DNA of 64,000 nt from the NCBI GenBank assembly GCA_964344385.1, contig CAYFNG010000004.1, positions 7,523 to 71,522 of the forward strand, given 5' to 3'. Of the stretch, positions 26,687-33,133 are shown one piece after another (within the stretch, counting starts at the first letter, position 1; every line of letters starts with the position of its first letter). Position numbers and translations under genes: made by a program. The notes under the pieces were generated by a model. That model was not told the DNA's origin. It made no database searches and saw only the letters and a program-made list of their open reading frames with translations. Source of the DNA: an uncultured Sneathiellales bacterium. Lineage in GTDB: Bacteria; Pseudomonadota; Alphaproteobacteria; CAYFNG01.

Positions 26687-28981
26687 CTATTTGATTTTCT
26701 TGGCACCATTCTGTTCGAGGTAGGTCTTGGCTCTGAGGCCGATATCGGCGGCCTTGACCTGGTACTGCCACCATTGGCCGGCCCACAGGGTCGCGTTTTG
26801 CCAATCCTGTTTGGCCGCGAAATCCTCCGCCTTCTTACGAGTGTCGGCGGCGAAATTCAACTGCTCGGTGGCGTCTTCAACCAGCGCGACCACGGACGGG
26901 AAGTCCTGGAAATTGTGGCTGGTGATAAACGCCACGACGCTGTCGATCACCGCCTGGGTATCCAGGTTGGTTTTGTGCTGTTTGTCGTAGTCGGCCTTGG
27001 TGTAGACGGTACCCTCGGTTCCCTTGACCGCGGTGGCCGTGTAACCCTTCGGCTTGACCAGTAGATAGCCCTGCATTTCGAGATGCAGTGCCGAGCAGAA
27101 CTCAGTGCAGTAGTACGGGTAGACGCCCGGGCTGTGGGCCGTGAAGGTCGACGAGGCCGTCTTGCCCGGTTCCAGCGACAGGTTGACGTTTGTGCCGCTG
27201 ATTGCGAAGCCGTGGGTCTCGTCCTCAGCCCGCTCCAGGTTGGTCACGTGCACGGTCACGACGTCGCCTTCGTTGACCTCGATGATCTCTGGCGTGATGT
27301 GTGACCGGATGGTGGTGGCGAAGACCCGCACCCGGTTGCCGTCGCGCTCGATGCGTTCCTTGCCCGGGCGGGTGCGGAACTTCGAACGTTCGTCGGCCCG
27401 GCTGTTCCAGCCGCTCTTATAGCGGACACGCGGTTTCAGCTTGTCGGCACTGATCGCCACCGCGTAGTGCGGCTCACCCATCGGCAAGGGCATGTCGTAC
27501 AGCAGCTCCATCTTGTCACCGCTGATGTCGATCAGCTGATGGTTCTGCGGATGCAGCGGGCCCACCGGATTGAACCGGTCGATGGCCAGCTTGTTCAGCG
27601 ACACAAGGTACTTGCCTTGCGGCTTGACCGAGTCGCCTTCCATGGTCATCAGATGGCCGATGTTGTAGTGGATCGAGATCTTGTCCAGGACCTTGCCTTC
27701 GCAATAGTCCCACTTGGTCACCTGGCTGTCGACGTAGATGGAGGTATAGACCACACAGGGTTTGCTGTCGTACTGGGTGTGCAACGGGCCCAGGCCGACC
27801 TGCACCTGGGTGTGCAGCGCCTTTTTGAGGTCGATGATCGGCACGCCATAGGGATCCTTGCCGGCGAAGTCGCCCGCCTTGATCAGATTGAAGATCTTCT
27901 CAAAGCTGTAGACATAGGTATGGCTATCCAGCTTGCCCGAAACGATGACGAACTTCCCGTCCGGGCTGACATCGGCACCATGGGGGCTCTTCGGCTCGGG
28001 GATCAGATACAGCATTCCTTCGGCGATGGCGGTATCCATGGTGATCACCGCATGGCCGTTGATCTGCTTGGTCTTGCCGGCCTTGAACAGTTCCGCGCCC
28101 TTCTTCCAGTTGATCAGGTGCAGGAAGTCCGTGTCCTTCTGCGAACACCCGGCCTCGAACGGCGGGCGGCCGCTTTCGATACCGCCGACATAGCGTTCCG
28201 AACAGAAGGAATTGGTCACCGACCAGCCGTCGCTGGGGCCCTTGCCGAAGTCCGACAGGTCCTGGCTGTAGGGCGGCAGCTCGACCGAAAACGATTGCGA
28301 CGGGTCCAGGCGGCCTTTCTCGCGGTTGAACTTCCAGTAGGTGACGGCACCGCGGTATTTCTCGTTGAACTGTTCCAGCGGAACGTAGTCGTTCTCCAAG
28401 GGGGCCGCGTACTGGGCCGCCTCGATCACATATTCGGTGTTCGGCGTGACGAAGGCGCCACCATGTTCCGACTTCATGATCGGGTTGACGACGATTTGCT
28501 TGGTTTCGAAATCCGACAGGTCGACAACCGCCATCCGGGGATTGTTCTTGTCATTGATAAACAGATACTGCCCGTCATATGCGCCGTTGGTTTCGGAAAT
28601 GGCGGGATGGTGGGTGTCGCCGAACAGGATGTCCTGGCCGTTGATCCGACCCTGGGCCAGGACGGCCTTGGATTCATCGTCGAAGCCATAAGCCTGCCAG
28701 GGTTCCGGCGTGAACACCGCGACATATTTCAGGATCCGCATCGACGGCACGCCATAGACAATCAACTGGCCGCTTTGGCCGCCTGAACTGAAGACGATGA
28801 ATTCGTCGCGCTTGCCTGTCGGGACATAGGTCTTGGCGGCGGCCAAGACGTCCTTTTGAGTCAAGCCGCGACGTTTCATGACGTCGTCCAGGCTCTCGCT
28901 CGACCATGCGCTCGCGGCGGCGGTCAGTCCGAAACCGCACGCGGCCAGGCCAATGGTCGCCCTCTTAAGTGTCTGCTTCAT
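26687..28981 (-). CDS. nosZ: Nitrous-oxide reductase NosZ, clade II (Sec-dependent) type, 764 aa
   Basis: N-terminus MKQTLKRATIGLAACGFGLTAAASAWS has no twin-arginine. CuZ-region motifs GDTHHPAISE, GLGPLHTQ, GEPHYAV. CuA motif HGFAISG...CTEFCSALHLEM. AAGGAGG lies upstream of the ATG. 128 aa follow the CuA Met. Confidence 0.95.
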   Translation of the reverse strand: MKQTLKRATIGLAACGFGLTAAASAWSSESLDDVMKRRGLTQKDVLAAAKTYVPTGKRDEFIVFSSGGQSGQLIVYGVPSMRILKYVAVFTPEPWQAYGFDDESKAVLAQGRINGQDILFGDTHHPAISETNGAYDGQYLFINDKNNPRMAVVDLSDFETKQIVVNPIMKSEHGGAFVTPNTEYVIEAAQYAAPLENDYVPLEQFNEKYRGAVTYWKFNREKGRLDPSQSFSVELPPYSQDLSDFGKGPSDGWSVTNSFCSERYVGGIESGRPPFEAGCSQKDTDFLHLINWKKGAELFKAGKTKQINGHAVITMDTAIAEGMLYLIPEPKSPHGADVSPDGKFVIVSGKLDSHTYVYSFEKIFNLIKAGDFAGKDPYGVPIIDLKKALHTQVQVGLGPLHTQYDSKPCVVYTSIYVDSQVTKWDYCEGKVLDKISIHYNIGHLMTMEGDSVKPQGKYLVSLNKLAIDRFNPVGPLHPQNHQLIDISGDKMELLYDMPLPMGEPHYAVAISADKLKPRVRYKSGWNSRADERSKFRTRPGKERIERDGNRVRVFATTIRSHITPEIIEVNEGDVVTVHVTNLERAEDETHGFAISGTNVNLSLEPGKTASSTFTAHSPGVYPYYCTEFCSALHLEMQGYLLVKPKGYTATAVKGTEGTVYTKADYDKQHKTNLDTQAVIDSVVAFITSHNFQDFPSVVALVEDATEQLNFAADTRKKAEDFAAKQDWQNATLWAGQWWQYQVKAADIGLRAKTYLEQNGAKKIK

Positions 28982-29106
28982 TTTTACCTGCCTCCTTGTG
29001 TCAGGCTTGGCTCATAACAAGTCACCGCCCCGGCATTGGCCGTCGAGCGGCGTGACCGGTTTCTTGCGTCCGGACGCATGCTACGCTTCCCCAGACCGGG
29101 CCCGCC

Positions 29107-29120
29107 TTGACTTTCGTTAA
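29107..29120. promoter_or_regulatory. Weak FNR/Dnr/NnrR-like box candidate in the divergent nosZ / SCO1 intergenic region
   Basis: TTGAC-tttc-GTTAA matches the TTGAT-N4-ATCAA consensus at 7 of 10 positions. It lies ~126 nt upstream of the nosZ ATG and ~70 nt upstream of the SCO1 ATG. Confidence 0.2.
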
Positions 29121-29188
29121 TGTTGGCATCGTCATGCGCGTCTAGGTTCCGGTGGCCGGTCGGGCTGAAACCAAGGAAGACGCCGCGC

Positions 29189-29800
29189 ATGAAAAACGCT
29201 GTCCACGCAAGGAATTGGCCGGTGCAAGTCTCTGTCGGGCTGCTGTTTCTTGCCGCCCTGATTGGCTTGGTGGTGGCGGGTACCCCAGCCAGCTCGGCGG
29301 GTGCGTCAAAGGTCGGCGGTAGGTTCGTTTTGCTGAACCATCACGGGCATGCGGTTTCCGATGCCAGTTTTCAGGGCCGCTACTTGCTTGTGACCTTTGG
29401 CTATACCTACTGCCCGGATATCTGTCCGACGATCCTGGCAACGCTTGCCCAGGTGATCGACGATCTGGGCGACCAGGCCGAACAACTGGTGCCATTGTTC
29501 ATTTCGGTGGATCCGAAGCGCGACACGGTCGAGCAGATGGCCGACTACGTGACCAACTTTCACCCCCGCCTGGTCGGGTTGACCGGTTCCGATGCGATGA
29601 TCAAACGGCTGACCGAAGGCTACCGGGTACGCTTCCGCCACGTCCCGGATCCGGACGGCGATCCGCAGGCCTATACGATCGATCATAGCGGCGCCATTTT
29701 CCTGATGGGGCAGGACGGCGAGTTTCTGGCCAAGTTCCTGCCCGGTGTGGCGCCGGACGTGATCGTCGAACAGATTGAGCGGAACTTGGGTGGTGGCTAG
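29189..29800 (+). CDS. SCO1/SenC-family copper chaperone / thiol-disulfide oxidoreductase
   Basis: N-terminal TM anchor. Thioredoxin-fold CxxxC motif FGYTYCPDICP. Distal DHSGAIFLMG His motif. Divergent from nosZ. Confidence 0.85.
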   Translation: MKNAVHARNWPVQVSVGLLFLAALIGLVVAGTPASSAGASKVGGRFVLLNHHGHAVSDASFQGRYLLVTFGYTYCPDICPTILATLAQVIDDLGDQAEQLVPLFISVDPKRDTVEQMADYVTNFHPRLVGLTGSDAMIKRLTEGYRVRFRHVPDPDGDPQAYTIDHSGAIFLMGQDGEFLAKFLPGVAPDVIVEQIERNLGGG

Positions 29801-29823
29801 TGGATGAACCTGGTACGGGCCGC

Positions 29824-30180
29824 TTACCCGCGTCCGCCACCAACCGCCAAGTCAATGACCTCTGCGGTGTCGGGCCGTGAACCAAGCAGCCTGATCGGCA
29901 AGCCCAGATAACGAGCCAGGCGGTATTGCGTGTCGCTGTCCAGCGTTTGTCTGTTGCCGTTCAAATAGCCGGCCAGGAAACCGCCCGGTTTGCCGATCTC
30001 CCGGGAAACCTCGACCGGGTCGAGGTCGAGATCCTGGAGCGCGGTTCGAATGGCCTGTCGTACTGGACAGCTTTCGGTATGCGGAAATGCCACGGGCTGT
30101 TGTCCTTCGGCTTGGGTTTGCTGGAAAGGATCCTGGCGTAGCGACTTTAACAATCCGTGAAGCGATATAGTGGGTCTCAT
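29824..30180 (-). CDS. Hypothetical small protein with a possible XRE-like helix-turn-helix
   Basis: VEVSREIGKPGGFLAGYLNGNRQTLDSDTQYRLARYLGLP resembles the HTH_XRE pattern. Lies at the edge of the AT-richer cqs island. Weak call. Confidence 0.4.
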   Translation of the reverse strand: MRPTISLHGLLKSLRQDPFQQTQAEGQQPVAFPHTESCPVRQAIRTALQDLDLDPVEVSREIGKPGGFLAGYLNGNRQTLDSDTQYRLARYLGLPIRLLGSRPDTAEVIDLAVGGGRG

Positions 30181-30532
30181 CCACTAGCATAGCGATTGTT
30201 GATGCCCATAGCCAATGCACGCGGCATGCTTGTGGGCGGTGATCGCGAAAATGTGATCGTGGGTTGGTCGTGAACGCGATCGCCGCTGAGTTGGCCAGTA
30301 TTGTCGGGAGCGCGACTGAGAAATCAGCCAATATTATTACGGAATCTCATTGTTGAATCTCGGTCGCTTGTCACGATATTGCCAAGTAAGCATGGAAAAC
30401 TGGCGACGTTCGTGTAATAGGCGAAATTAGTTCGTTTATTCACTAGTTCCTATTTGTGAGGGAATGCGTTAACCTAGTTTTTTTGGGGGTATGACCTTCG
30501 GACAGAAGGACTCAGACGCGGGGAAGTGAGTA

Positions 30533-31837
30533 TTGTTTCCGGTCGATGAAAAGGCAGGGTCTGCCGGACGTCCGGCGCCTGGCAAACAGGGTGGCTCGCC
30601 TGAGCCGAATGGACCGCCGTGTCATCACGGCGTATCCGATCGGGCGGCGAAGTTTGGCGAAACACCCGATTTAAGCCGCAGAATAGATAGGTTTTTGCAG
30701 AGCGCGGGCGGAGCCGCGATGTCGGCTGACGCCAGACCGTCCGACATTGGACTGGATCTGAGCCAGTGCGACTATCTCGGGCTGGGCAACGATTCACGCT
30801 TGGCGGAGGTCAGCGCCAGGGAAATTGAGCGCGGGATATCCGATATTTTCATGTCTGGCGTTTATGCCCAATACCTGTCTTTGCAAAACGACTTTGAGCA
30901 GAGCGTTGCCGAGTTTTTTGAGACGGAAAGCGCGGTTCTCTGTCAATCCGGCTTTGCGGCCAATGACGGTCTTGTCCAGTGTCTGGCCGATGCGGAAACG
31001 CCGGCCTATATCGATACCCTGGCGCATCCGTCGCTGCGGCTCGGCGCGCGACACAGTGATGCCGAGATTCACGTGTTCCGCCGCAACGATCCTGGTCACC
31101 TGCACGACCTGATCGCGCGCCATGGACCGGGCGTCGTCGCGGTCGAGGCCGTGAACGGGTTCACCGGCGCGGTTTGTGATCTTGCCGGGATTCTGGATAT
31201 CACCGAACGCATGGGGTGCGTTGTCGTTCTCAATGAATCCCATTCGGTTGGGGTCGTGGGCGGTGGTCGTGGCCTGGCATCCGCGTTGGGGTTGGCCGAC
31301 CGGGTGCCGATACGGGTGTTCAGCCTGTCTAAGGCATTCGGCTGCCGCGGCGCCCTGATCGTCGGACCGGAGATTATTCTCAGGTGGTTCCGGTTTGATT
31401 CGATGCCGGCGATTTTCAGTTCGGCCGTGTTGCCATTTGAAATCGCCCGGTTTGGCTTGGCGCTGGATATCGTGCGTCGGGAGGACTGGCGCCGCCAGGC
31501 CTTGGCCCGGGTCAGCCGTCGGGTTCGCCAGGGGCTGGGGGAACCAATTGATGACACGTCGCCCGGGACCCACATTCTTTCGCTGGTAGAGCCGTCCGAT
31601 CGAAAGGCGGCGGCGCTGCACCATGCCCTGGAGCGCCGCGGCGTCGCCGGCAGCCTGGTGCATCCCGACGCGGCGCCGGGTGGTGAATATACGGTACGTC
31701 TTGCCTTGCAGGCGGGTTTGACTGACCAGCAGGCTGATTCCCTGGTCGCGGCGATTGGTGAATCGCGCCAGGAAATCGAAAATTTGGAGATCATGAAAGG
31801 TACTGTTCGGGTGGGCGACGGTTTCGTCGCCGGTTAG
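30533..31837 (+). CDS. cqsA: CqsA-like alpha-oxoamine-synthase-family PLP enzyme, divergent paralogue 1 (start uncertain)
   Basis: SQCDYLGLG, LCQSGFAANDGLVQCL, YIDTLAHPS, GPGVVAVEAV, VVLNESHSVG, FSLSKAFG (Schiff-base Lys). The upstream segment DLSRRIDRFLQS aligns with the CqsA N-terminus as I recall it, so a start at or near 30533 is preferred over ATG 30719. Confidence 0.8.
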   Translation: MFPVDEKAGSAGRPAPGKQGGSPEPNGPPCHHGVSDRAAKFGETPDLSRRIDRFLQSAGGAAMSADARPSDIGLDLSQCDYLGLGNDSRLAEVSAREIERGISDIFMSGVYAQYLSLQNDFEQSVAEFFETESAVLCQSGFAANDGLVQCLADAETPAYIDTLAHPSLRLGARHSDAEIHVFRRNDPGHLHDLIARHGPGVVAVEAVNGFTGAVCDLAGILDITERMGCVVVLNESHSVGVVGGGRGLASALGLADRVPIRVFSLSKAFGCRGALIVGPEIILRWFRFDSMPAIFSSAVLPFEIARFGLALDIVRREDWRRQALARVSRRVRQGLGEPIDDTSPGTHILSLVEPSDRKAAALHHALERRGVAGSLVHPDAAPGGEYTVRLALQAGLTDQQADSLVAAIGESRQEIENLEIMKGTVRVGDGFVAG

Positions 31838-33129
31838 TGGAAATGACCCCGGGAATCGGGGCGCGAAGAAGGCGGCAACAAATGGTTCTGGATCTCAGTG
31901 ATCTGGTCGGTGAGGTCGACGGCGGACCCGCGACCGGCCAAATGCCTGGTGTGCGGAAGCGTATGCATGAATTATACACCGAGCATCGTGGAATGCCGAT
32001 TGTGGTTGGCAAGGCTCCGGGCGCTGACAGTATCAATTTAAGCAGCAACGACTATCTTTGCCTGGGATCAGATAGTCGGCTGGCAGAAGCTCAAGCGAGG
32101 TTCTTGAAACGCGCGTCCAGATCGCGATTTGATCACAGGGCGACCCGGGACAGGCAGCGCCAGGTAGAGAACAAGTTTGCGGCCTTCGTGGGCGCCGAAG
32201 ACGCGGTCCTCTGCCAGTCAGGGTATGTGGCCAACGACGGTCTCATTCAGTGCCTCAGCGGCGAGGGCATGCCGGTTTACGTCGACATGTTCGCCCATGC
32301 GTCGATCTGGCAAGGTGCCTCCAGCGGGTTGGCCCGCGCCATTCCATTCCGCCACAACAGCCCGCGTCATCTGAGGTCGATGATCGCACAATACGGTCCC
32401 GGTGTGGTCGCGGTTGATGCTGTTTACAGCACTTTGGGCAGCATCTGCCCATGTGAGGAGATGATCGAGGTCTGTGAGGAAACAGGCAGCCTGTTGATCG
32501 TCGACGAGTCTCATTCCGCTGGCCTTTACGGCCCTTATGGTGAGGGGTTGGTTCAGGCCCTGGGTTTGGCTGACCGCGTGCACTATCGGACCCTGAGCCT
32601 ATCTAAGACTTTCGTCAGCCGGGCCGGTCTGGTGGTGGGTCCCAAGCGGGTCATGGACTATTTCCGGGCTAACGCTTGGCCGGTGGCTTTTAGCTCCTCG
32701 ATGGAAGACTGGGAAATCGATCGGATCGGTGCGGTGTTGGACATCATTAAATTTGAGCATGCACCCCGGCGCCGCCTGTTCGCGATGGCATCGCGCTTGC
32801 GAGAGGATTTGATCGACCTTGGGTACAATCTTGACTTGGACAATTCTCCCATATTGCCACTGATTGCCGGGCCCGTATCGAAAACGCATCAGCTTCGGGA
32901 TGCGCTTGAGGATCGGGGCGTATTCGGTGCGGTATTTTGCGCACCAGCCACGCCGAAAAAACGGTCCCTGCTTCGTCTGAGCGTCCATGTTGGCCTCACA
33001 GACAGCGAGTTGTCGCAAGTTGTGGAGACATGTCGAGAGATCTTGCCATTGATTGACTTGGCAAGCTGGCCGTCTGGTAGACGTCGCAAACGCAAGGCGT
33101 CGTTGCGTGCTTCAAAGTTAAGCGCGTAA
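31837..33129 (+). CDS. cqsA: CqsA-like alpha-hydroxyketone autoinducer synthase, paralogue 2 (the true start may be an internal Met at 31882 or 31942)
   Basis: Long blocks match my recollection of V. cholerae CqsA: LSSNDYLCLG, LCQSGYVANDGLIQCL, VYVDMFAHASIWQGA, GPGVVAVDAVYSTLGSICP, LLIVDESHSAG, LSLSKTF, GVFGAVFCAPATPKKRSLLRLSVH. Confidence 0.85.
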   Translation: MEMTPGIGARRRRQQMVLDLSDLVGEVDGGPATGQMPGVRKRMHELYTEHRGMPIVVGKAPGADSINLSSNDYLCLGSDSRLAEAQARFLKRASRSRFDHRATRDRQRQVENKFAAFVGAEDAVLCQSGYVANDGLIQCLSGEGMPVYVDMFAHASIWQGASSGLARAIPFRHNSPRHLRSMIAQYGPGVVAVDAVYSTLGSICPCEEMIEVCEETGSLLIVDESHSAGLYGPYGEGLVQALGLADRVHYRTLSLSKTFVSRAGLVVGPKRVMDYFRANAWPVAFSSSMEDWEIDRIGAVLDIIKFEHAPRRRLFAMASRLREDLIDLGYNLDLDNSPILPLIAGPVSKTHQLRDALEDRGVFGAVFCAPATPKKRSLLRLSVHVGLTDSELSQVVETCREILPLIDLASWPSGRRRKRKASLRASKLSA

Positions 33130-33133
33130 GCGA

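Noticed and set aside
27467-28786. 439-aa plus-strand ORF
   Set aside because: It is antisense to nosZ.
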